Assembly (NCBI GenBank): GCA_937925675.1
Contig: CALAME010000020.1
Span: 15,289 to 79,288, forward strand
DNA length: 64,000 nucleotides
DNA from: an uncultured Paenibacillaceae bacterium
Lineage (GTDB): Bacteria; Bacillota; Bacilli; Paenibacillales; CALAME01
Direction: 5' to 3'
In this document: positions 28,847 to 38,852 of the stretch, one piece after another
Layout of the letters: each line of letters begins with the position of its first letter
How positions within the stretch are numbered: position 1 is the stretch's first letter
Notes under the pieces: generated by a model
Seen by the model: the letters and a program-made list of their open reading frames with translations, nothing else
Database searches by the model: none
Told to the model about the DNA's origin: nothing
Made by a program: the position numbers and the translations under genes

Positions 28847-30271
28847 TCACCTCATGATCGCATATGGACGGATTTTCCAAAATTTGCGCACATCCCGTTC
28901 CGACGGCCACGGTTTGAACGACAGCGCCCGCTCCATCAGCGGTCGGGCAGCCGCCTCGTACGGACGAAATGATTTCAATGTGCGAAGTTCTTCCCACAGC
29001 GAAGCGACAGCTTTATGCAAAACGGCTTTGTCGCCCGAATAATACGCTTCCTGCAGCGGCAAGGCGTCAAGCGGGTTTTGCTTAAGCTCATCATGATATT
29101 GCGCGATAAATAGCGCAAGCGAACATACAGCCATCGCCAAGCGAGGTGTCACCAGCCAGCTGGACAGGGTGCGGTATTCAAACCCGCCATGCGTTTTGCG
29201 GCGAAAATCACCGAGAAAACCGTAACGAGGCCTTCGCGCACGTTCCTCCTCCCGCTCGACCATTACCAGGGGCAAGGCCAAATAATTGTCCAGCGCCACC
29301 AGCAATCGGGTCGTGAGTCGTACGCCGCTGAAATGAAGATGCCCTCCCAGCGCAAATCCCGGCTTCGGCATCCCGCCCGCTCTCCATTCCACGCGATCGT
29401 CATCGACTTGCAATACCGCTTTATGCATCGTCCGCCGAATTTCTTTGATCAGCGATACCGCATCGGATTGCGGTCTGGGTCTAAGCTCCGCCAGCGGATA
29501 AATCATCCCCCGCCTTCTGTCGCGCCACCCGTCACACCCGATCCGGCCGAACCGGGTGAAATAGCGGTTCGCAAAGACGACGCGGGCACCATCCCGACAA
29601 AGCAACAGTTCACAATCGCTGCCGATAACGAGGGGAGTCCTCCCATTTTCATCCGTCCTCATGCCAGCAAGTTCCGTTTTGATTTGTGCCGCCCATAGCT
29701 GTTCGGCCTCTTCGCTCAGTTGCGGCGCCGGATCGATATGAACGACATAAAAACAATGAGCGCCGGGGACAAGCCCCACTTCGGCAAATTCAAGTCCGAG
29801 CGCATAGACGACACGTATCGCCAGACGGCACAGTTGGCGGTCAAAGCGCCTGTTCATGTCCAGTTGCAGCGGCGCCATACCGCGGTAGGCGATCAAGGCT
29901 TCGAGATGGGAGACAAAGACTCGATAAACCGCCGCTTTTGTCGATAAAGAAGCGTAAGGCGGCTTGGCACCCAACAGTGCAGGATGAAGACCATGCAGCT
30001 TGAGGCGCTTTTCGGTCAGACGGAGGTCTTCCAGCCGCTGCAGTTCTGTCTGCCGATTAAACCAGCGCACATGCTCTTTGATCGTGCTGGTATTTTTGGA
30101 GTTGGCGGAGAGGAGAGCACAGGCGGATTTTCCCCATTGATAAATCGCAGAATACCTGCTCACATCATCCGGTAACGTTTGTCCCCAGGCCCAGCCGTAC
30201 CTGCCCAAAAATCGTCTGAGACGAACCGCGCTCTTTTCGTCTCCGATCAAAAAGAAAGGACCCGCTTCCAT
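28847..30271 (-). CDS. Hypothetical two-domain protein; the C-terminal half resembles glutamine-synthetase-fold carboxylate-amine (COOH-NH2) ligases / amidoligases
   Basis: 474-aa ORF with SD AGGAGG ~9 nt upstream of ATG at 30271. Ordered motifs are GSDCELLL, PLAELRPRP, GGHLHFSG and HGGFEYRTLSSW. The N-terminal ~210 aa are unassigned. The CDS call is solid; the function is inferred. Confidence 0.55.
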   Translation of the reverse strand: MEAGPFFLIGDEKSAVRLRRFLGRYGWAWGQTLPDDVSRYSAIYQWGKSACALLSANSKNTSTIKEHVRWFNRQTELQRLEDLRLTEKRLKLHGLHPALLGAKPPYASLSTKAAVYRVFVSHLEALIAYRGMAPLQLDMNRRFDRQLCRLAIRVVYALGLEFAEVGLVPGAHCFYVVHIDPAPQLSEEAEQLWAAQIKTELAGMRTDENGRTPLVIGSDCELLLCRDGARVVFANRYFTRFGRIGCDGWRDRRRGMIYPLAELRPRPQSDAVSLIKEIRRTMHKAVLQVDDDRVEWRAGGMPKPGFALGGHLHFSGVRLTTRLLVALDNYLALPLVMVEREEERARRPRYGFLGDFRRKTHGGFEYRTLSSWLVTPRLAMAVCSLALFIAQYHDELKQNPLDALPLQEAYYSGDKAVLHKAVASLWEELRTLKSFRPYEAAARPLMERALSFKPWPSERDVRKFWKIRPYAIMR

Positions 30272-30367
30272 GCGCTCGTTCCTCCTGTCAAGATGGGTCC
30301 AAACAAAAAGAGGGCCGATGCCCCCTCACGCCGTTCACCCTATTCCGTCTTGAATTTTCCCTTTTGT

Positions 30368-30946
30368 CTAATCTTCCAGTTCATCATCGAGCAATTCCGG
30401 ATCCAGATCTTCATAATCGCTGTCCTCGTCCTCTTCGTATTGGAAGTCGATGTCTTTATCCTCAAGTTCATCCAAACGGTGCGGAGAAACGAGTACGGTC
30501 ACTTTGGTCTCAGCGATCATCTCCACCGCAAATTCCCGCTCTACGCGAACGATCACCTGCTTGCGGTCAGAAGATACCGTTGCTTCCACACAGTTCGGTT
30601 CCTGGGTGGCTTCCGCGGATACCTCCTCCGTGGAAACCCTATGTTTTGGATCTTCATAGGAGAGCGGCACCACTTCCACATACGATACCGTTTCTTTGGC
30701 CACATCTGTTTTTGAATTGTTGTCGTAGGAATACCATATGTTTATGTCATAAGTACCCACAACTTCAATGCCATCATCAGATTTTACGGCCTCGTACTGG
30801 TTATTGATGATCCAGGCTCCCAATATGCTCGTCGGGGGATGCGGCGGTGTAATGCTATGCGTGACCTGGCTAAATTTCCGGCCTCTACCGCATACGGCCT
30901 TGGTGATGATCTCTCTAAATTCCAGGTCTTTATCTGTGATCGCCAT
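30368..30946 (-). CDS. cotE: Spore coat morphogenetic protein CotE
   Basis: FREIITKAVCGRGRKFSQVTHSITPPHPPTSILGAWIINNQYEA...YDINIWYSYDNNSKTDV...QEPNCVEATV, plus an acidic C-terminal tail. This aligns by eye with B. subtilis CotE. Start set to ATG at 30946. Confidence 0.9.
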   Translation of the reverse strand: MAITDKDLEFREIITKAVCGRGRKFSQVTHSITPPHPPTSILGAWIINNQYEAVKSDDGIEVVGTYDINIWYSYDNNSKTDVAKETVSYVEVVPLSYEDPKHRVSTEEVSAEATQEPNCVEATVSSDRKQVIVRVEREFAVEMIAETKVTVLVSPHRLDELEDKDIDFQYEEDEDSDYEDLDPELLDDELED

Positions 30947-30983
30947 CAATCCTAACCTCCTTCGTACAGTCATTTAATACAAG

Positions 30984-31008
30984 TGTATGCAGGTCATTGG
31001 CCCATAGT
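30984..31008 (-). promoter_or_regulatory. Candidate mother-cell (sigma-E/K type) promoter of cotE
   Basis: On the minus strand: AC (31007-31008), 17 nt, CATACAct (-10 at 30984-30989). This is only a partial consensus match. Confidence 0.3.
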
Positions 31009-31198
31009 GACAAAAATATTTGCCGCATCCGCATGCCCGACCGCGACCGTCCCCATCTGAGTTGGTACGCCGAGGACGGAAGGGAGCGGCCTGTTACACC
31101 ATCCGTTCTACATCGGATCCATTCCATCTAATAAATCGTATGAAGATCGAATTCGCGATATGCCTGAACCTTATGCTTAAAAGCGATCGCATATCGCC

Positions 31199-32722
31199 CT
31201 ATACATCGATCCGGTAAACCGCGCCGAATTTCTCCCGGAAATATTGGATGAGGTGATTAGGATTCAATTCTTCACCGCTCACATCGCGTACAAGTTCATC
31301 CGGCGTTCGCAATTTCCCGTACTGCAACACATGATCGACGAGCCATTGCTTGATCGGTGCAAGCTGGCCGTCCGCAAGAAGCTGATCGACATTCAGCTGT
31401 TTTTTCATCGCGCTCATAAACTGTGCAGCATACAAGTTGCCGAGCGAGTAAGAGGGGAAGTAACCGAAGGCACCGCCATACCAGTGCACATCCTGCATCA
31501 CCCCTTCTCCATCATGCGCTGGGGTTACGCCGAGATAAGCCTCATATTTTTCATTCCATGCCGACGGCAAGTCATCTACCTGCAACTGGTCTTCAAACAG
31601 TGCTTTTTCCAGCTCATAGCGGATCATGATATGCAAATTGTACGTCAGTTCATCCGCCTCGATCCGGATCAGAGAAGGCGAGACGACATTGATCGCACGA
31701 TAAAAATCATCGAGCCCTACATCGTCAAACTGCCCCGGGAAAAACCGTTGCAAATCGGCAAAATACCGTTGCCAAAACGGATAGCTGCGCCCGATCACGT
31801 TCTCCCACAGTCGCGACTGGGATTCGTGAATGCCCATCGATGCGCCGTCTCTCAGACCGGTTCCGTTCAACGTTTCATCCATATTCTGTTCGTAGAGCGC
31901 ATGTCCCCCTTCGTGGATGGAGGAAAACAGGGAAAAGGTGAAATCATCTTCGCGAAAAGCTGTGGTAATGCGCACATCCCCCGGGTTCAATCCGGTCGCA
32001 AACGGGTGCACGCTTTCGTCCAGCCGCCCGGCGCTGAAATCATAACCCATCTGTTCCAAAATATAGTGGCTGAATGCCCGCTGCTTGTCGCTTGCAAACG
32101 GCTGGCGCAAAAAATCGGTGTTCGGCTTTTCGTCTGCAGCCGATATTTTTGCCACCAGTGAAACGAGCTGTTCTTTCAACTCGGCAAATACCCGATCCAG
32201 TTGAGCCACTTTCAACCCCGGTTCATACGGCTCAAGCAACGCTTCGTAAGGGTGTTCTTCGTAACCCCAATATTCGATAAACTGCCGGTTAAATTCGATC
32301 AGCTGTTGCAAATAAGGCCGGACTTTGTCAAATTGGCCGTCCGCTTTATGTGTCTCCCAAACGGCTTCCGCTTCGGAAGCGAGCACGACATACTTTTCAT
32401 ACTGATCGGCTGGAATTTTGCGGTTGCGCTCATATTCCCGGCTGTATTCGATAACCATTTTTCGCGTGATCTCGTCCAGTTGCTTTAACGTTTCCGGTTC
32501 GTTCAAATGCTTCAACCATTCCCCCATCTGATCGGAGACAAGCATGCGGAACACTTCCGCCGACAGCATCCCGACCACCTCGGAACGGTATGACATGGAC
32601 TTGCGCGGTGCCTTTGTGCGCATATCCCAATGCATCAGCCCGATCGCTTCATTGTACATATTCATTTTTTTGACACACTGTCTGAAATCGTTTATGATTT
32701 TTTCGAGTTTTGGATCCAACAT
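31199..32722 (-). CDS. M32 metallocarboxypeptidase (Taq-type)
   Basis: HEGGHALYEQ (HExxH), with family-typical length of 507 aa. Confidence 0.9.
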   Translation of the reverse strand: MLDPKLEKIINDFRQCVKKMNMYNEAIGLMHWDMRTKAPRKSMSYRSEVVGMLSAEVFRMLVSDQMGEWLKHLNEPETLKQLDEITRKMVIEYSREYERNRKIPADQYEKYVVLASEAEAVWETHKADGQFDKVRPYLQQLIEFNRQFIEYWGYEEHPYEALLEPYEPGLKVAQLDRVFAELKEQLVSLVAKISAADEKPNTDFLRQPFASDKQRAFSHYILEQMGYDFSAGRLDESVHPFATGLNPGDVRITTAFREDDFTFSLFSSIHEGGHALYEQNMDETLNGTGLRDGASMGIHESQSRLWENVIGRSYPFWQRYFADLQRFFPGQFDDVGLDDFYRAINVVSPSLIRIEADELTYNLHIMIRYELEKALFEDQLQVDDLPSAWNEKYEAYLGVTPAHDGEGVMQDVHWYGGAFGYFPSYSLGNLYAAQFMSAMKKQLNVDQLLADGQLAPIKQWLVDHVLQYGKLRTPDELVRDVSGEELNPNHLIQYFREKFGAVYRIDV

Positions 32723-32830
32723 CCATCCCGCCTTTTCCTTTTATCATCATTTGAGAACCCATTTCCAACAATACCAGTGTAAATCGAACAAACAGTGAAA
32801 TACAAGTGAGACAAGAAAGGAGATAATCCG

Positions 32831-33175
32831 ATGGAAAAAGTTCATATCGAGCTGACCGGTGAGGCACGCGCTCGCCTGGAAACCTCCATCGACCCGATGA
32901 CCGCGATTCAGCTCGTATATGATACGGAAGGGTGCGGCTGTGCGGTGAGCGGCGTTCCGCAACTTTGGCTCATCGAGCGGAAAAAGACGGATGGGATGCT
33001 GAAAGCTGGCGATGAAACGTTGCCCATCTACATCGAACCGCACCATACGGTTTTTTTTGAACCGCATTTAAAACTGGACTATCATTCGTCCGCTGACCGT
33101 TTCCGCTTAACCAGCGATCAACAGATTTATCACTATGGCATGAAGTTAATCCGGAAATCGCCGCAAACGTCTTAG
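32831..33175 (+). CDS. HesB/IscA-like iron-sulfur cluster biosynthesis family protein
   Basis: QLVYDTEGCGCAVSGVPQLWLI pattern; 114 aa. Confidence 0.65.
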   Translation: MEKVHIELTGEARARLETSIDPMTAIQLVYDTEGCGCAVSGVPQLWLIERKKTDGMLKAGDETLPIYIEPHHTVFFEPHLKLDYHSSADRFRLTSDQQIYHYGMKLIRKSPQTS

Positions 33176-33203
33176 GCGGTGTAAAAGAAAGGGGACTTTT
33201 GTA

Positions 33204-33767
33204 GTGAGATCGTCGATGCTTGAGGAAATTCTTGCGTACAACCGCAGGTTCGTCGAAAACGGAGAATATGAACATTATCGCACCACCCGGTATCCGGACA
33301 AAAAAATGGTGATTTTGTCCTGCATGGATACAAGACTGATCGAGCTTCTTCCCAAAGCGATGAATTTAAAAAACGGGGATGCCAAAATTGTGAAAAATGC
33401 CGGGGCCATCGTCACCCAGCCATTCGGCAACGTTATGCGCAGCATACTCGTCGCCCTGTACAAATTGAAGGCGAGGGAAGTGTACGTCATCGGTCACCAC
33501 GACTGCGGCATGACCGGATTAAATGCGGATGAAATGATCGATAAAATGTTGGAAAACGGTGTTCAGCCGGAAGTGCTGACGACGTTAAAAAATGCAGGGA
33601 TCCAGCTCAAATCCTGGTTGCGCGGTTTTAACAGCGTGCATGAAAGTGTCGAATCGAGCGTGTCCATCATCCGCAACCATCCGCTATTGCCCAAAGGAGT
33701 GCTGGTGCACGGCTTGATCATCGATCCGTTGACGGGTGAGCTGGAAGTCGTAACCGAAGGCCGTTAA
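33204..33767 (+). CDS. Beta-class carbonic anhydrase
   Basis: Zinc ligands in SCMDTRL and GHHDCGM. Confidence 0.85.
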   Translation: MRSSMLEEILAYNRRFVENGEYEHYRTTRYPDKKMVILSCMDTRLIELLPKAMNLKNGDAKIVKNAGAIVTQPFGNVMRSILVALYKLKAREVYVIGHHDCGMTGLNADEMIDKMLENGVQPEVLTTLKNAGIQLKSWLRGFNSVHESVESSVSIIRNHPLLPKGVLVHGLIIDPLTGELEVVTEGR

Positions 33768-33772
33768 TTGAT

Positions 33773-33803
33773 ACACCGCTGCCTTGTGCAGCGGTGTTTT
33801 TTA
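33773..33803 (+). terminator. Intrinsic terminator
   Basis: Stem acaccgctgc / gcagcggtgt with loop cttgt, followed by tttttt. Confidence 0.85.
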
Positions 33804-33895
33804 GTTTTTAGTGTCAAAAAAGGCGCAACTTGAGAAAAGTTCCAGCGTTTCATTAGGTGAAGAGAAACAGAGAAAAAAGAATGAGGGAGAAACGG

Positions 33896-35911
33896 ATGAA
33901 ACCTAATCAGAGAAGGATCAGCTCGTCGTTACGATCGTGGGGATGCAGGGAAAAAGCAAGTGGTTGTGCAGCGATAAGCGTTCGCCGGATCGCCATTGGA
34001 CTGTTGGCCTGCTTTATTCTCATCCTATGTGCAGGCTGGCCCGGTGCCCGGACGGTTTCAGCAGCCGGGCTCACGACTCAATACCGGGTGTTTCAAAACG
34101 AAAACATGCTCCGTGAATTCGCAAACGCCAACGAAGCCATTACATACAGCAAACGGTTTTTAAACAGTTATGTCGAACGAATCGATACGCGGGAATGGAT
34201 TTTTTCTTATTTCCCCCGCTATTACGTTTACCAGAAAGACACGCTGATCGGCAAAGGTTATCACCATCTGGATGAAGCGATCCGCGAAGCAAAAAAGTGG
34301 AGTCATGCCAGCGTCCGTGATTTGCACGGTCGCGGCTGGGTTTGGGACAACTATCCGCGGGAACCGAGATACCGTGTATACCAGGGTGAAAAAACATTTG
34401 CGCACTGGACGTTTCATCGTTTGGATGAAGCGAAAAAAGAAGCGGTCAAATGGGCCAATGCCCATATTATCGATCTGGCGGATGGAACGTGGGTATGGGA
34501 CAACCGGAATCCTGAAGATGAAAAGTTGAACGGCGAGCCGGTATACGAAGTCCGTCTGCCCCATGGGGGCAAAACATCCGATTCCTCGGAAGACGTACGT
34601 TACAACGATCTTAAAGCAGCGGTTCTTTTGGCTTCCAAGACGGATGGTGCAACCGTCGTCAATGTCAAAACCGGGAAAACCGTATATGCCAACGAAAAAC
34701 CGTACGTCGTCTCGCAAAACCGCAAGCCGCTACGCGCCTTCGGCGTTTTGGATGCCGCTCTTCAATATGCGGTCAAATGGGCCAATGCCGACATCTCCGT
34801 GAATGGGCGGGAAATCTGGAACAATTATGCCTTTTATCAGGTGATCGATGCGAATGGAAAGGTGACCGATCATCTGACGCCGCAGGCAGCGCTTGAAGAG
34901 GCATTGAAGCGGCCCAAGGCCCAGATCCGGGATTACCACGGCAAGACGATCTTTAGCAATGCGGAACGGTTGCAGGTGTGGGTTTGGACCGGAACGGCAG
35001 CGGACGATCCCATCCGTGAACGGGTAGAAAAAGCAGCCGGAATCGATGTTTTGTCACCGACATGGTACAAGCTGCTCGATGCAGACGGACAGCTTGAAGA
35101 TCAGTCCAGCGCCGACCTTGCAAAGTGGTTGCACGAACGTCAGATTGAAGTGCATCCGCTCGTACACAATCAGTTCGATCCGGAATTGACCGAGCGGTTT
35201 TTAAAAAATGAGGATGCCCAGAACCGTTTCATCACCGCGGTTGTCAAAAGTGCGGCTGCCGCTGGCGCTGACGGCATCAATGTGGATTTCGAATCGATGA
35301 AAGGAAGCGACCGTAAGGCGTATACCGCATTTATTGAAAAGTTTGCCCGCGAAGCGCATCAGCACGGACTGAAAATTTCGGTCGCTTTGCCGCGAGGCAG
35401 CGCAAGCTGGAATCATTTGACCGCCTTCGATCACGTAAAACTGGGACAAATCGTCGACTACATCCACATCATGACCTACGACCAGCACTGGTCCGGCAGT
35501 GAAACCCCCGGTACGGTCGCGGGCATGTCGTGGGCGGAAGAAGGCATCAAGCAGTTTCTCGCATACGGGATTCCCCGAGAAAAACTGTACATGGGCATTC
35601 CGTTCTATGTCAGGGAATGGAAGCTGGACCGTAACGGAAATCTCGTGGAAAACCGGGCTTTGTACGCAGGCGATGTCGCCGAACGTTTAAAAGGGAAAAA
35701 CGTCAAGAAAGACTGGGACCCGGATACCGGACAATACCGGATCGAATTTGAGGAAGACGGATATACGTATTTGTTTTGGCTGGAAGATGAGGAGACGGTC
35801 AAATCGCGCATGAACATCGCCAAAACATATCGCCTGCACGGGGTGGCGGCCTGGCGCCTCGGCCAGGAAGCGCCGGGCTTCTGGCAAGCCATTGTCTCCG
35901 AAAAAAATTGA
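33896..35911 (+). CDS. Secreted GH18 glycoside hydrolase with six N-terminal tandem repeats
   Basis: Signal peptide ending VSA-AG. Six ~45-aa repeats are encoded by nt 34079-34960. GH18 catalytic motif DGINVDFE. SD GAGGGAG precedes ATG at 33896; the track ORF starts at 33857. Confidence 0.8.
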   Translation: MKPNQRRISSSLRSWGCREKASGCAAISVRRIAIGLLACFILILCAGWPGARTVSAAGLTTQYRVFQNENMLREFANANEAITYSKRFLNSYVERIDTREWIFSYFPRYYVYQKDTLIGKGYHHLDEAIREAKKWSHASVRDLHGRGWVWDNYPREPRYRVYQGEKTFAHWTFHRLDEAKKEAVKWANAHIIDLADGTWVWDNRNPEDEKLNGEPVYEVRLPHGGKTSDSSEDVRYNDLKAAVLLASKTDGATVVNVKTGKTVYANEKPYVVSQNRKPLRAFGVLDAALQYAVKWANADISVNGREIWNNYAFYQVIDANGKVTDHLTPQAALEEALKRPKAQIRDYHGKTIFSNAERLQVWVWTGTAADDPIRERVEKAAGIDVLSPTWYKLLDADGQLEDQSSADLAKWLHERQIEVHPLVHNQFDPELTERFLKNEDAQNRFITAVVKSAAAAGADGINVDFESMKGSDRKAYTAFIEKFAREAHQHGLKISVALPRGSASWNHLTAFDHVKLGQIVDYIHIMTYDQHWSGSETPGTVAGMSWAEEGIKQFLAYGIPREKLYMGIPFYVREWKLDRNGNLVENRALYAGDVAERLKGKNVKKDWDPDTGQYRIEFEEDGYTYLFWLEDEETVKSRMNIAKTYRLHGVAAWRLGQEAPGFWQAIVSEKN

Positions 35912-35956
35912 TCCTTTTTAACCATACCCAAATGGCACATCAAAATGGGGCTGTCC

Positions 35957-35978
35957 AAAAAAGTCAGTGAAGACTGAC
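35957..35978 (-). terminator. Short intrinsic terminator after mmsA
   Basis: Stem gtcagt / actgac (6 bp) with a 4-nt loop, followed on the minus strand by tttttt. Confidence 0.4.
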
Positions 35979-36001
35979 CCACGGACGCCCCATCGTAGAA
36001 T

Positions 36002-37465
36002 TCAATAGCGGGCGGTCACCATTTTTTTGCGGGTAAAAAACTCGACACCGTCACGGCCATTAGCATGCAAATCACCGTAAAATGACTTTTTGTAACCGGA
36101 AAACGGAAAGAAGGCCATCGGTGCTGGCACACCGACGTTAATCCCGAGCATTCCGGCATCGATTTCCTCCCGAAACTGGCGTATGGCTTTGGCACTATCC
36201 GTATAAAGACAAGCGCCGTTGGCAAATTCGGAGCGATTGGCAATCGCAATTGCCTCCGTCAGATCGTTGGCGCGCATCACGCACAGAACCGGCGCAAATA
36301 TTTCTTCCTGCCAGATTTTCATCTCCGTCGTTACATGATCAAAGATGGTCGGCCCGAGAAAATATCCTGTTCCTTGCGCAGCGGGAACGGTTCGACCATC
36401 CAAAACGAGTGTCGCTCCTTCCCGGATCCCCGCTTCAATAAAGCCGATCGTGCGCTCCTTATGCGATTGACGAATGACTGGCCCCAGAAACACGTCGCGC
36501 TCCAGGCCGTTACCGATCACCAGTTTTTCGGCTGCCGCTTTTAATCTTATAACCAGCTCATCGCCGATATCGCCAACAGCGACAACAACGGCACAGGCCA
36601 TGCATCGTTCTCCCGCCGAGCCAAAGGCCGCGTTTATGATATTCGTCACCGCCAGCTCCAAATCAGCATCCGGCAGCACGATGCTATGATTTTTCGCACC
36701 TGCCAGCGCCTGCACCCGCTTTCCGTGTGCCGCAGCCGTTTTGTAGACATATTCGGCAACCGGCTGGGAACCAACGAAAGAGACGGCTTTAATCTCAGGA
36801 TGGCTCAGGATGGCATTCACGGCATCATGCGCTCCGTGCACGATGTTCAGCACCCCTGGCGGAACGCCGGCCTCCGTCGCCAATTCGGCCAGCCGGTTGG
36901 CCAACAGCGGCGTTCGTTCAGACGGTTTCAGCACAAACGTGTTTCCGCAGACGATCGCGAGCGGAAACATCCAGCAAGGCACCATCATCGGAAAATTAAA
37001 CGGCGTAATTCCGGCCACCACCCCGAGCGGGTAACGGTACATTCCCGATTCCAGACCGGTTGCAATATCCGGCAACTGGCTGCCCATCATCAGCGTTGGA
37101 GCGCCGGCCGCAAACTCGACACATTCAATCCCCCGCTGTACCTCTCCATAGGCTTCCTGATAACTTTTTCCATTTTCTTCAGTGATCTGCCGCGCCAGTT
37201 CTTCCCAATGTTCCACGAGCAGCTGCTGAAATTTGAACATGATCCGCGCCCGTCTCGGTACAGGCGTGTTCCGCCATTTCGGCCAGGCTTTCGCTGCTTG
37301 CTGAACCGCCGCATCTACATCCTCGGCCGTAGAAAGCGGAACGCGGGCAATCGTCTCACCCGTTGCCGGATTGGGCACGGTTTCAAATCGATCTGTCGCT
37401 GGTTCAGTCCATTGACCTCCTACAAAGTTTGCCACCGTTTTCACCCGAATCAGCTCCTTCATCAA
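36002..37465 (-). CDS. mmsA: CoA-acylating methylmalonate/malonate-semialdehyde dehydrogenase
   Basis: 487-aa ALDH fold with catalytic Cys in GERCMA. The family-typical C-terminus is [29 protein letters not shown]. Confidence 0.9.
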   Translation of the reverse strand: MMKELIRVKTVANFVGGQWTEPATDRFETVPNPATGETIARVPLSTAEDVDAAVQQAAKAWPKWRNTPVPRRARIMFKFQQLLVEHWEELARQITEENGKSYQEAYGEVQRGIECVEFAAGAPTLMMGSQLPDIATGLESGMYRYPLGVVAGITPFNFPMMVPCWMFPLAIVCGNTFVLKPSERTPLLANRLAELATEAGVPPGVLNIVHGAHDAVNAILSHPEIKAVSFVGSQPVAEYVYKTAAAHGKRVQALAGAKNHSIVLPDADLELAVTNIINAAFGSAGERCMACAVVVAVGDIGDELVIRLKAAAEKLVIGNGLERDVFLGPVIRQSHKERTIGFIEAGIREGATLVLDGRTVPAAQGTGYFLGPTIFDHVTTEMKIWQEEIFAPVLCVMRANDLTEAIAIANRSEFANGACLYTDSAKAIRQFREEIDAGMLGINVGVPAPMAFFPFSGYKKSFYGDLHANGRDGVEFFTRKKMVTARY

Positions 37466-38631
37466 TAAGAATATTCGTAACAGATCCGGTACAAGTCCAT
37501 GATTTCCTCTGCACTGACCTGACGCGGATGATGGGCAGGACTGCCGCTGGCCAGAGCATCCGTTGCCATTTTGGACAGCGACCGCTCGAAAGCGTCACGT
37601 GGTATGCCCCAATCGCGCAAATTGGGAATGTTCATCAGCTTGCACAAACGTTTCACTTCCTCAAGCACAAAATCCGCTGCTTCCTGATTAGTGCTGCCAG
37701 CCAAATCCGGACGGAGCGTGCGCCCGATCTCCGCCATGCGTGCATCCGCATAACCTTGGGTAAATTCCAGCACCGCCGGCAGCAACATGGCGTTCGACAT
37801 GCCGTGCGGCACATGGAACAAGGCCCCGATCGGGCGGGACATCCCGTGAATGAGAGTTACGGAAGCATTGGAGAATGCCGCTCCGGCCAGCATCGCCCCG
37901 AGCGCGGTTTGTTCATGCGCGTTCAGGTCGCCCTTTTCGCTGTACATCACCGGCAAATGTTCGTGAATGAGGCGGATCGCCTTTAAAGCCCACACATCTG
38001 TTACCGGATGGGCCTTGCGGGACAAGTAAGCCTCGATAGCATGACAAAGCGCATCGATGCCGGAAGCCGCAATGACCGATTTGGGGCATGACAAGGTCAG
38101 TTCCGCATCGACGATGGCCACTTTCGGCACCAGGGCCGGATCGGCAATCATCATTTTAATATCGCGCTTCGTATCAATAATGACGGTCACTTTCGTCACT
38201 TCCGATCCGGTCCCCGCCGTTGTCGGCACGGCGATCAACGGCAGCGGCGCATGTTTGAACGTGCGCCGGCCTCCCATGTAATCGCCGATATATCCGTCGT
38301 TGGTGCGCATGACAGCCACCGCCTTGGCTGCATCGATGGCGCTGCCGCCCCCGATGGCCACGACGACATCGCAGTTTTCCGCTTTACATACCTTCAGCGC
38401 CTCATCGACATGCCTGTCGGTCGGCTCCCTGTCTACATCGCTATAAACCGCAACATCCAGCCCCGCTTCTTTGAGCAGGCGCCGGCATTCATCGATGCGT
38501 CCCAGTTTCTCCATGACCGGATCGCTGACAATCAGCGCTTTTACACCGTATGCGCGTGTCTGCCGGCCCAATTCTGCAAAGGAGCCAACCCCGTACAAAA
38601 TGGGTGAGGGAAGCCTCATTTCATTAACCAA
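37462..38631 (-). CDS. Iron-containing (group III) alcohol dehydrogenase
   Basis: [10 protein letters not shown], plus His-rich metal-site regions ([18 protein letters not shown]). Shares a 4-nt overlap with mmsA. Confidence 0.85.
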   Translation of the reverse strand: MVNEMRLPSPILYGVGSFAELGRQTRAYGVKALIVSDPVMEKLGRIDECRRLLKEAGLDVAVYSDVDREPTDRHVDEALKVCKAENCDVVVAIGGGSAIDAAKAVAVMRTNDGYIGDYMGGRRTFKHAPLPLIAVPTTAGTGSEVTKVTVIIDTKRDIKMMIADPALVPKVAIVDAELTLSCPKSVIAASGIDALCHAIEAYLSRKAHPVTDVWALKAIRLIHEHLPVMYSEKGDLNAHEQTALGAMLAGAAFSNASVTLIHGMSRPIGALFHVPHGMSNAMLLPAVLEFTQGYADARMAEIGRTLRPDLAGSTNQEAADFVLEEVKRLCKLMNIPNLRDWGIPRDAFERSLSKMATDALASGSPAHHPRQVSAEEIMDLYRICYEYSY

Positions 38632-38852
38632 CGGTTTTTCCTCCCCTGTTTGGCCTGTTGTGACCTATGTTTTGTTTTTTTCGAGCTTTGCGTTTTCATC
38701 CTAGCAGAGCCCAAACAGGAACACTAGAGACAATATTTTTCACGGATGGGGATGACAAAAACAGTCCGGAAAACAAAAAATGTCCGCGTTCCTGCAAAAC
38801 CATTGAGCAGAAACGAACGGACATATACGGTCATCGGACATAAACGGTCAGA

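Noticed and set aside
30287-30327. TTGACA hexamer adjacent to the SD of the ligase-like gene, and a 5-bp hairpin with a U-tract after cotE
   Set aside because: The hexamer leaves no room for a -10 before the SD, so it is not a promoter for this gene. The hairpin stem (gaggg/ccctc) is too short to call a terminator with confidence.
38740-38852. Repeated gtccg/cggac motifs and an imperfect hairpin with a U-tract (38775-38824) downstream of copA
   Set aside because: It may be the copA terminator. However, the stem has a 2-nt bulge and a ~23-nt loop, so I am not confident enough to list it as a feature.
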